DNA from: Escherichia phage ESCO13
Sequence record: NC_047770.1
Direction: 5' to 3' (one strand)
DNA: 64,000 bases
The notes under the pieces were generated by a model. That model saw only the letters and a program-made list of their open reading frames with translations, searched no databases and was not told the DNA's origin. Position 1 is the first letter of the stretch, and the number at the start of each line of letters is the position of its first letter. A program made the translations under genes and the position numbers. This document shows positions 57,328 to 64,000 of this stretch, one piece after another.

Positions 57328-57536
57328 ACGTTCATCAAGTGTGGTAACAGGGTCGTTGACTTTTGTTAAGAGGGGCTTGCACTGCGGTAGTGTTAGAGAC
57401 TACTTCTTCAGAGGTTAGCTACCAAAGAGGAAAAGGAATAGTCTCGGCTCAAGAACTTTTACGCTGAAAGTTGGGCTTGGTCTTAGAGAATGTAGCGGTT
57501 CTCTACAATCGTCAGCGTCTCTGTTACCACATTTAT

Positions 57537-57608
57537 GGCCCTGTAGCTCAATGGGAGAGCTGTCGGCTCATAACCGATAGGTAGCTGGATCGAAACCAGC
57601 CAGGGCCA
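57537..57608 (+). tRNA. tRNA-Met or Ile2 (anticodon CAT)
   Basis: Hand-folded cloverleaf; acceptor ggccctg/cagggcc; loop cuCAUaa; CCA encoded; resembles E. coli tRNA-Ile2 (from memory). Confidence 0.7.
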
Positions 57609-57613
57609 CCAAA

Positions 57614-57685
57614 GTCTTTATGGTGTAATGGATAGCACAGGAGTCTTCTAAACTCTTAGTCAAGGTTCGATTCCTTGTAAAGACA
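57614..57685 (+). tRNA. tRNA-Arg (anticodon TCT)
   Basis: Acceptor gtcttta/taaagac; loop cuUCUaa; T-arm caagg-ttcgatt-ccttg; CCA encoded. Confidence 0.7.
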
Positions 57686-57884
57686 CCAGAACATTTTAAC
57701 ATGAATTAGCTCAAGTGATTTGAACCCACTACTGATCATGGTGGCAGAGAATGAGGCAAGTATGTCAGACATTATAAACAAAGGCCACGGTTATATTAGA
57801 AGACATAAATGCTCGAAGAGCACCGTTCGTGGAGAACGGGGGTTGGTGGAGTCACCATTCATGGTAAAATGTTTTAAAAAACTA

Positions 57885-57914
57885 TTGACAACAAACATTA
57901 TTTTATGTTAGATT
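57885..57914 (+). promoter_or_regulatory. sigma70-like promoter inside the tRNA cluster
   Basis: TTGACA-18-TAGATT. Confidence 0.4.
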
Positions 57915-57922
57915 ATAAGTAT

Positions 57923-58010
57923 GGAAGGGCAAATCGATGTGGCGACGAAAACGGTCTTGAAAACCGCCGAGCTTGAAAGAGCCTTGGGAGTTCGACTCTC
58001 CCTCCTTCCG
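57923..58010 (+). tRNA. tRNA-Ser (anticodon TGA)
   Basis: Long variable arm; loop cuUGAaa; T-arm gggag-ttcgact-ctccc; CCA encoded. Confidence 0.6.
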
Positions 58011-58018
58011 CCAGATTA

Positions 58019-58101
58019 GGTAGATTGGTGAAATGGTAGCCACGACAGTTTGCTAAACTGTAGTCGGAAACGGCGTGTAGGTTCGAGTCCTACATCTACC
58101 G
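58019..58101 (+). tRNA. tRNA-Ser (anticodon GCT)
   Basis: Acceptor ggtagat/atctacc; loop uuGCUaa; long variable arm; CCA encoded. Confidence 0.6.
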
Positions 58102-58234
58102 CCAAGTTCTTTTTAATGTAGCTTACTTTAGCAGAGTAAATCTTCGGCAAGTGGCGGTAACCACTTTACCGATACCTCATAGTTAGTGGTGTGAACACTG
58201 GCTATTTTAAAAAGAATTTAAATATTAGTATTTA

Positions 58235-58319
58235 GGTGAGTTAATTCCGTAGGGGTAGCGGGGCAGACTGTAAATCTGTTATCATTGCGATTCGGGTGGT
58301 TCGACTCCATCACTCACCA
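58235..58319 (+). tRNA. tRNA-Tyr (anticodon GTA)
   Basis: Acceptor ggtgagt/actcacc; loop cuGUAaa; long variable arm; CCA encoded. Confidence 0.65.
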
Positions 58320-58328
58320 CCAAATTAA

Positions 58329-58411
58329 GATGAGTTGGCTGAATGGTTTAAGCGGCGGACTGTTAATCCGTGTTCGAAAGAACAATATAGGTTCGAATCC
58401 TATACTCATCG
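58329..58411 (+). tRNA. tRNA-Asn (anticodon GTT) with unusually long variable arm
   Basis: Anticodon arm gcgga-cuGUUaa-tccgt matches E. coli tRNA-Asn (from memory); extra gttc-gaaa-gaac hairpin in variable region; CCA encoded. Confidence 0.55.
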
Positions 58412-58505
58412 CCAGAATTATGGACTTGTAGAGTTAAGGTAAACCCCCCAGTCGCCAATAGGCTTCTGGAATTGCAGGTATCGAATCCTGCCGAGTCCCA
58501 GCATT

Positions 58506-58577
58506 GCTCCTATAGTATAATGGCTATTACAACGGTTTTGTAATCCGTGGATCTCTGTTCGATTCAGTGTGGGAGCA
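58506..58577 (+). tRNA. tRNA-Thr (anticodon TGT)
   Basis: Acceptor gctccta/tgggagc; loop uuUGUaa; one mismatch each in anticodon and T stems; CCA encoded. Confidence 0.5.
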
Positions 58578-58854
58578 CCAACACAACATTAAGAGCACTG
58601 TGATTGATCGTCGTATCCTGTGCACAAGGTCTGCTCGAAAGACAGTGTTCTTAGTATTGTGTTGATCACAAAAAGAGTCACCCGAAACTTGACCGGAGTA
58701 GGGTTGGATGGGGCAAAATGAGAAGCGGCTCTCCCATCGACAGCAACGAAGAATAATATTTGACTTTGGTTTTGTATTATTTTAAGTTAGCTTACCGAAC
58801 GTAGGGCTAGTCACCCAACGGGATACTCGTCACTGTCCCAATCAATAAAAGTCT

Positions 58855-58883
58855 TGACAACAAATAGTAAAATGTAGTATAGT
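58855..58883 (+). promoter_or_regulatory. sigma70-like promoter upstream of tRNA-Gly
   Basis: TTGACA-17-TATAGT. Confidence 0.5.
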
Positions 58884-58894
58884 AAATATATATG

Positions 58895-58965
58895 GCGTTC
58901 TTGGTGTAGCGGTAGCATTCCGTCCTTCCAAGTCGGCGGCACGAGTTCGATCCTCGTAGAACGCT
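58895..58965 (+). tRNA. tRNA-Gly (anticodon TCC)
   Basis: Acceptor gcgttct/agaacgc; loop cuUCCaa; T-arm acgag-ttcgatc-ctcgt; CCA encoded. Confidence 0.65.
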
Positions 58966-59066
58966 CCAAATTATTTAATAAAGGGTTGCCAGAAAACTTT
59001 CTCTTTTACTCATGGTTTTCTCCTTCTCTCACACTTCTTCTGGTTGCCCTTCATTAAATGATTTAT

Positions 59067-59139
59067 TGGTTTGTAGTGTAGTCCGGTAGCACACGACACT
59101 TTGACTGTCGTAGGTTTGGTTCAAATCCAGACAGACCAG
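59067..59139 (+). tRNA. tRNA-Gln (anticodon TTG)
   Basis: U1-A72 and discriminator G as in E. coli tRNA-Gln (from memory); loop cuUUGac; CCA encoded. Confidence 0.65.
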
Positions 59140-59235
59140 CCATATAACAAAGGTGAGTCACTACCTTAAGTGTGAAGTTAAAAACGAGGAGCCGCCGAAC
59201 ACTTTCTTTTGCGGTGTACCTTTAGAATGTTATCA

Positions 59236-59309
59236 CGGGACGTAGCACAGCTTGGTAGTGCGCTCGCTTTGGGAGCGAGAGGTCGAGTGTTCGAATCACT
59301 CCGTCCCGA
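59236..59309 (+). tRNA. tRNA-Pro (anticodon TGG)
   Basis: C1-G72 start as in bacterial tRNA-Pro; loop uuUGGga; T-arm gagtg-ttcgaat-cactc; CCA encoded. Confidence 0.7.
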
Positions 59310-59318
59310 CCAATTAAA

Positions 59319-59389
59319 TGTTTCGTAGTTCAATGGTAGAACCCACGACTGATAATCGTGAGACACAAGTTCGATTCTTGTCGAAACAA
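59319..59389 (+). tRNA. tRNA-Ile (anticodon GAT)
   Basis: Anticodon arm cacga-cuGAUaa-tcgtg; T-arm acaag-ttcgatt-cttgt; CCA encoded. Confidence 0.65.
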
Positions 59390-59470
59390 CCAGTTTCCCG
59401 TTAGACTTACAGGATAAGAGTTCCACAGCTTATTGTGATGCTGGTTCGAATCCAGCACGGGATACATAAT

Positions 59471-59546
59471 AGCGGGATAGAGGAGTCTGGTCGTCCTCGC
59501 CAGTTTCATATGCTGGAGATCATCGGTTCAAATCCGATTCCCGCCT
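59471..59546 (+). tRNA. tRNA-Met (anticodon CAT), A1-C72 mismatch
   Basis: D-stem gagg/cctc; anticodon arm ccagt-uuCAUau-gctgg; T-arm atcgg-ttcaaat-ccgat; CCA encoded. Confidence 0.6.
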
Positions 59547-59664
59547 CCAAATATCGCTTGCCAGCGGTATCTTTGAAGACCTTGCCTGGTTCCTTCTAAG
59601 ATGGAGGGGTGCGACTCCTTAACGCACAATTATAATAAAGCATTTCAACTTAACAGTATTTACT

Positions 59665-59688
59665 AGCCTCCTTATTGGAGGCTTTTTG
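59665..59688 (+). terminator. intrinsic terminator after the tRNA cluster
   Basis: agcctcc-ttatt-ggaggct then TTTT. Confidence 0.65.
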
Positions 59689-59706
59689 CTATCTATTGAA
59701 TAAAAC

Positions 59707-59735
59707 TTGACTTATTATTTTTTATATGTTAAGAT
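59707..59735 (+). promoter_or_regulatory. sigma70-like promoter
   Basis: TTGACT-17-TAAGAT; precedes SD aggagg and ATG 59757. Confidence 0.5.
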
Positions 59736-59756
59736 AAAGTTTAGGAGGATTTTATT

Positions 59757-60053
59757 ATGCCTAAACTAAAACGTGGTCGTGGAAGACCAACAGCCGAAAT
59801 GCAACAGATCTACGCAATGGATGCGGCGCAAGCAAGTGTAAAAGAATTATTTGCAGAGCATTATTTAGAAGCTATGCGATATATTGTTGAACTTGTTAAT
59901 GATAAGGATGCAGCAAAACCTCTCCGCTTCCAAGCAGCTAAAGCTATTAAAGAGCAAGTAGAAGAATGGTTAGAAGAACATTATGAAGCTATGGAAGAAG
60001 AAACTCCTGCCGTGCAGAATACAGATGACGTTCCTAAAAAGATCGTAATCTAA
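59757..60053 (+). CDS. hypothetical protein with basic N-terminus (KRGRGRPT)
   Basis: SD taggagga; possible DNA-binding or small terminase candidate (speculative). Confidence 0.5.
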   Translation: MPKLKRGRGRPTAEMQQIYAMDAAQASVKELFAEHYLEAMRYIVELVNDKDAAKPLRFQAAKAIKEQVEEWLEEHYEAMEEETPAVQNTDDVPKKIVI

Positions 60054-60194
60054 TCCCTCTCCTCTCTTGGGGCTTTGCCCCCTCCTCCTTGTTATTTTTA
60101 ACACCCCTCTCCGAAAGGTTAGGGGCTTTTTTATTTTTAATGCTTGCAATTGTATATACTTTTGTGATAAGATCAGATATGAGGAGGATAAAAT

Positions 60195-60365
60195 ATGCGC
60201 AATTTTGTAGTTAAAAATGATTTTAACCGTTCTTCTTATCATAAAGATAAAAAGAATGATTACACACGGGCTTGGAACTTGGAGGAAGAACTTTATGATG
60301 ACAGAGAAGACGTGGGAAGAGATCCTAGTGGAGGCTCAACCGATGGAAGTGAAGAAGATAGTTAA
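60195..60365 (+). CDS. small hypothetical protein (56 aa); alternative overlapping ORF 60295-60432
   Basis: ATG 7 nt after SD gaggagg; a second SD/ATG at 60295 in another frame. Confidence 0.3.
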   Translation: MRNFVVKNDFNRSSYHKDKKNDYTRAWNLEEELYDDREDVGRDPSGGSTDGSEEDS

Positions 60366-60415
60366 CAACGCCCCTTCTCTTCCTAAAATAAAATTTTATG
60401 AGGAAGTAGAAGATA

Positions 60416-60808
60416 ATGAATCTAAAGACTAAAACTGTATTAGGTTTTGTTTTAATTGTTGTTCTTATTCTTGCCGGAATGTTTGCTTATAACAAGATAC
60501 ATGAGTCTGGCTACAAAGATGGTGTTGCCTATCAAGCGCAATTATATCAAGCAGCCCAAGCAAAAGCAAAACAGGATTTTGATGTTCTTCAAAAAAGAGC
60601 AGATGAAGAAAGAGCATTATTAAATACCCAAATAAACAACTTGTCTAAAAACAATGCACAATTAAAAGCAGATTTAGAGAAGAAGAAACAAACGATCAAT
60701 GAGGATACAACGAATTATGCAAAAACTAATTCTGGCAGTATGTCTTGCTTTGCCCCTAATGATGACGGGTTGTTCATCATCAACAAAAGTTTCCCCAGTT
60801 CTTATTGA
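60416..60808 (+). CDS. i-spanin-like protein (N-terminal TM helix plus coiled coil)
   Basis: LGFVLIVVLILAGMFAY TM segment followed by Q/A/K-rich helix. Confidence 0.45.
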   Translation: MNLKTKTVLGFVLIVVLILAGMFAYNKIHESGYKDGVAYQAQLYQAAQAKAKQDFDVLQKRADEERALLNTQINNLSKNNAQLKADLEKKKQTINEDTTNYAKTNSGSMSCFAPNDDGLFIINKSFPSSY

Positions 60809-61043
60809 TGAGTGTAAGGCTGTAGCCATAGAAAAGGTTAAAGGTCCAGATTCGGATTTGATGGATAAAGTATCGACACCTGTGCCATACACTAAAAATC
60901 AAATTGCAAAAGGGGTTAGTAGATCTGAAGTTGTTAACAACCAAACTCAAAACAACGCTCTTTGGGAGCAAGATAGACGAAAGGTTTTAGGTTTACAAAC
61001 ATATATTAAAACACTGCAAGAAAAAGGTATTATTGCTGAATAA
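60699..61043 (+). CDS. o-spanin-like outer-membrane lipoprotein, gene overlaps the i-spanin candidate
   Basis: Lipobox LMMTGC after signal peptide; out-of-frame overlap with 60416-60808. Confidence 0.45.
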   Translation: MRIQRIMQKLILAVCLALPLMMTGCSSSTKVSPVLIDECKAVAIEKVKGPDSDLMDKVSTPVPYTKNQIAKGVSRSEVVNNQTQNNALWEQDRRKVLGLQTYIKTLQEKGIIAE

Positions 61044-61052
61044 GGAGGGAAT

Positions 61053-63128
61053 GTGGCAAAGAAAAAGGCAGCAGGTAGTTTAGCTGGAGTAGATATTGAA
61101 GTAAAGGCTCAACCAGGTAAACAGACTCTTGCAATGGATTTAATGCCAGAAGTTATGATTTATGGTGGTGCCGCTGGATGTGTTTCTGCTGAAACGGAAT
61201 ATCTTACAAAAGATGGTTGGAAACAGATTAGTGAATATTCGGGAGAGGATATTTACCAATACAACCCTAAGAATAAGCGTTTAGAATTGGTAACACCTTA
61301 CTTTGTAGAATACGATTTAAATGGAGATAATCTATACAGAATAACAAATGGTGTAGGATTGTTCCAAGAACTTAGTATGGAACACCGTTTTGTATTCTAT
61401 AAGAAAAAGAAATCAAAGAAACATTTCGAGATTCTTGTAGGAGATCTTATTGCATTACAGCAAATAGGAAAACCCCTGCAAGGTTATGTAGAAAATCCAT
61501 TCGGTAAACGTGTTCCTTTTAACATACCTGGTAAAAAGAGCACTTACTTAAAAATACACGAGGTTATTTCAACAGATGATAAGAAATATTGTTTTGAGAC
61601 TCCAAGCAGCTATATTGTCTTTAGACGTGGCGATCACTGCTTCGTTACTGGGAATAGCGGCAAGTCTCGTCTGCTATTGCTGAAAGCTTTAAAATACGCC
61701 TACAAAGACCCTTTGTTTGGTGGAATACTTTTCCGTAAGAACACCACTGCTCACCGTAAACCAGGTGGTCTGTTTACAGAAGCAAAACGTTTGTATCTTC
61801 CTTTACAACCGCACGTAAAAGAAAGTACAATGGATATCATTTTTGAAGCCACTGGCGGCGGAACCCTCAAATTTGACCATTTGGAAAACGATAACGTAAC
61901 CGCAGAAACAAACCATCAGGGTACACAGTATTCAATGGTAGGTTTTGACGAGTTAACCCACTTCACACAGTATGAAATGCTCTATCTTCTGGGACGTATG
62001 CGTTCAGAATCAGAAACAAGCTTCATGTTGTGCACATGTAACCCCGATGCAGATAGTTGGGTTTTGAATTGGGTACTACCTTATCTCGATGAGGGCGGTT
62101 ATCCTAGAGAAGATATGTGTGGTAAACAAAAATATTTCATCATTGTTAACGATGAACCTGTTTTTGCTGACACACCTGAAGAACTGAAAGAAAAATATCC
62201 AGAAAACTGTTTCATGGAAAACCCTAATACAGGGGAGACAGTTGTTATTGAACCACAAACTTTCGTATTTATCGGTGGGACAATATTTGATAACCCAGAA
62301 TTGATTAGGCTTAACCCTAATTATTTAGCACAGCTTAAATCACAAACAGCAATCAAAAGAGCACAACTCTTGGACGGCTGTTGGTTTGCACGTATACAGA
62401 AAGAGTCTTTCTTCCAACGTGAATGGTTGCATAAGATATCTTATAAAGATGTTCCTAATAATCTTAAACTAATGCGAGCATGGGATAAAGCTGTTTCAGT
62501 TCCTACAGAAACTTATCGTTATCCAGACTATACAACATCTGTCAAAATGGGTAAAGACCAAGATGGTAATATCTACATCTTTGGTGACTATGATTATGAT
62601 GCTGTGGATGAGAAAAGTAAAATTTTCGGAAGGTTTCGAAGATTACCTGGGGAAAGGGATAACCTGATTCTAAATCAATGTAAGATTGATGGACCAGAAG
62701 TTACAGTAGTTCTTCCTAAAGACCCATCTGGTGCTGGGACAATAGAATATACAGAGTCTGCAAAGAAACTTATTCTAGAGGGTTTTGTTGTTAAACCAGA
62801 TGCTATGCCAGGCAACAAGAAAAAGCTTCAGCGTTTTATGCCTTTTAGTAGTGCGTGTCAAAACGGTTTTGTTTATATTGTTGAAGATTCTTTCCCTAAT
62901 GTGGAAACTTTAACCCACTTTTATAAAGAATTGGAATCTTTCAATGGTGAAAGATCTACAGCCACTATTAAAGATGACATTCCCGATGCTGCTGCTTCTT
63001 GTTTCAATACTCTGTCAAAAGAGAATACTTTCAAAGCAGTAGCTATCCCTGCAACAACAAATGCTCCTACAGGATACAGTAGAATGAACAGCGGATTTCA
63101 CCAACCGTATAGTGTCCGTAAAAGATAA
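61053..63128 (+). CDS. terminase large subunit with mini-intein inserted in Walker A (GTG start)
   Basis: Extein junction GGAAG/SGKS reconstitutes Walker A; Walker B-like MVGFDE; about 690 aa directly upstream of probable portal; SD aaggaggg. Confidence 0.6.
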   Translation: MAKKKAAGSLAGVDIEVKAQPGKQTLAMDLMPEVMIYGGAAGCVSAETEYLTKDGWKQISEYSGEDIYQYNPKNKRLELVTPYFVEYDLNGDNLYRITNGVGLFQELSMEHRFVFYKKKKSKKHFEILVGDLIALQQIGKPLQGYVENPFGKRVPFNIPGKKSTYLKIHEVISTDDKKYCFETPSSYIVFRRGDHCFVTGNSGKSRLLLLKALKYAYKDPLFGGILFRKNTTAHRKPGGLFTEAKRLYLPLQPHVKESTMDIIFEATGGGTLKFDHLENDNVTAETNHQGTQYSMVGFDELTHFTQYEMLYLLGRMRSESETSFMLCTCNPDADSWVLNWVLPYLDEGGYPREDMCGKQKYFIIVNDEPVFADTPEELKEKYPENCFMENPNTGETVVIEPQTFVFIGGTIFDNPELIRLNPNYLAQLKSQTAIKRAQLLDGCWFARIQKESFFQREWLHKISYKDVPNNLKLMRAWDKAVSVPTETYRYPDYTTSVKMGKDQDGNIYIFGDYDYDAVDEKSKIFGRFRRLPGERDNLILNQCKIDGPEVTVVLPKDPSGAGTIEYTESAKKLILEGFVVKPDAMPGNKKKLQRFMPFSSACQNGFVYIVEDSFPNVETLTHFYKELESFNGERSTATIKDDIPDAAASCFNTLSKENTFKAVAIPATTNAPTGYSRMNSGFHQPYSVRKR
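61179..61655 (+). mobile_element. candidate mini-intein (about 159 aa) within the terminase gene
   Basis: Starts Cys (CVSAETEYLTKDGW), ends ...FVTGN followed by Ser; no homing-endonuclease-sized insert. Confidence 0.5.
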
Positions 63129-63132
63129 TTGT

Positions 63133-63161
63133 TGACAAAAGTCACTTTAAAGTGTATTATA
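63133..63161 (+). promoter_or_regulatory. sigma70-like promoter between terminase and portal
   Basis: TTGACA-17-TATTAT. Confidence 0.5.
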
Positions 63162-63228
63162 ACTAGATAGGTGAGGTTGTATATAATACAGCCTTGCCTT
63201 AACGATTTTATACCTGACTGGAGGAACA

Positions 63229-64000
63229 AGTGTCAACAGGAAAAAGAACGTACACTAAAAAGTCAGAATACTGGGACAAAGGTGCTGCAAATAAAGCTGC
63301 TCTCTCTCCAACAAAAGAGGCAGAGAAAGAGAAAACGTTACTCCTGTCACCTGAAATAGGAACGATCGGATTAAACTCAATCAAAGCATTTACGAATTTC
63401 ATGCAACCTTATGAGACTCGTTTCCCAGAATGTATTCGCACTTTTAAAGAGATGGGTGAAGACCCTGATGTAGCTACTGCTCTTGACGCTACATATATCT
63501 TTGTAGATAGAGCATTCTTTGATTTCAAGATAAAATACAATGTAAACTCGGCAAAGTCAAGAAAAGCTGCTAAGTTTATTGATTACATGTTACGCAATAT
63601 GCAAGCCCCTCTACGTCAATATGTTAGATCACTTTTGACATATAAGCAATATGGTTTTGCATTCGCAGAGAAAGTTTATGAGTTGGATGAAGATCCTAAG
63701 AGTCCTTACTTTGGGTATTGGCGATTGACCAAACTGGCTTTTAGACCACAAGACACTCTTCACATGGCTCAACCTTTTACATATTCGGCAGACGGACGTT
63801 CTATTCTATCTGTTAACCAGAATATCACCAATACGATGTTAGCTCCAGGTAATACAACTTTAGAAACTGGTATTAAAGAAATTCCTTTCAGTAAAGTTTT
63901 ATTTGTTGGTAGTAACATTACAGAGAATAACCCACTAGGAGTTAGTCCGCTTTTAGCTGTATATCGTAGCTGGCGTGAAAAATCTCTTATTCAGGAATTT
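63229..64000 (+). CDS. probable portal protein, 5' partial (runs off window end; GTG start)
   Basis: Open frame to the end of the window after SD ggagg; position right after terminase. Confidence 0.45.

Noticed and set aside
58422-58499. Possible fourteenth canonical tRNA
   Set aside because: Acceptor and T-arm-like helices exist, but there is no anticodon arm (a long hairpin with an aata tetraloop instead) and the T-loop is 8 nt; kept as a degenerate tRNA-like element in the findings only.
59178-59426. 82-aa minus-strand ORF in the tRNA cluster
   Set aside because: It overlaps tRNA-Pro and tRNA-Ile on the opposite strand and has no SD; an artifact of tRNA sequence.
1-64000. CRISPR array or cas genes
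   Set aside because: No regularly spaced direct repeats with unique spacers were seen; the only tandem repeats are the 99-bp coding duplication and the GTACT heptamers.

Overview
This window looks like part of a large virulent tailed dsDNA phage genome; I see no host chromosomal genes, no CRISPR array and no integrase/att evidence. All calls are from reading the sequence and recalled family motifs; no tool or database was run.

Layout:
- 1-1084: ORF-free, A/C-rich non-coding region.
- 1466-19649 (+): about 55 tightly packed small genes with SD sequences and TTGACA-N17-TATAAT-like promoters, including four paralog families (one with 7 copies) and a small serine recombinase.
- 19693-19720: convergent, apparently bidirectional terminator.
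- 19719-56078 (-): about 75 genes covering nucleotide metabolism (nrdA, nrdB, ThyX-like, HAD nucleotidase-like, MazG-like, glutaredoxin), a complete dTDP-rhamnose pathway (rmlABCD), PhoH, T4-type lysozyme, HslV-like peptidase, Ser/Thr phosphatase, Sir2-like protein, two DNA methyltransferase-like proteins, HNH endonuclease, DEDD exonuclease, RdgC-like protein, ATP-dependent DNA ligase and an RNA end-healing/sealing trio.
- 56080-56558: divergent intergenic region with GTACT heptamer repeats.
- 57537-59546 (+): 12 canonical tRNAs plus 2 degenerate tRNA-like elements.
- 60416-64000 (+): overlapping spanin-like pair, a large terminase subunit with an apparent mini-intein in its Walker A motif, and the start of a probable portal gene.

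Best candidates for a previously undescribed system: (1) the split Pnkp-like RNA-repair cassette (phosphoesterase + RNA ligase + Pnk-like kinase) next to a DNA ligase and near the tRNA cluster; (2) the Sir2 / methyltransferase / nucleotidyltransferase block; (3) the 7-copy early paralog family with its duplicated module and adjacent recombinase.

Several track ORF starts were moved to SD-supported internal start codons, and a few ORFs under 60 aa were added at lower confidence.
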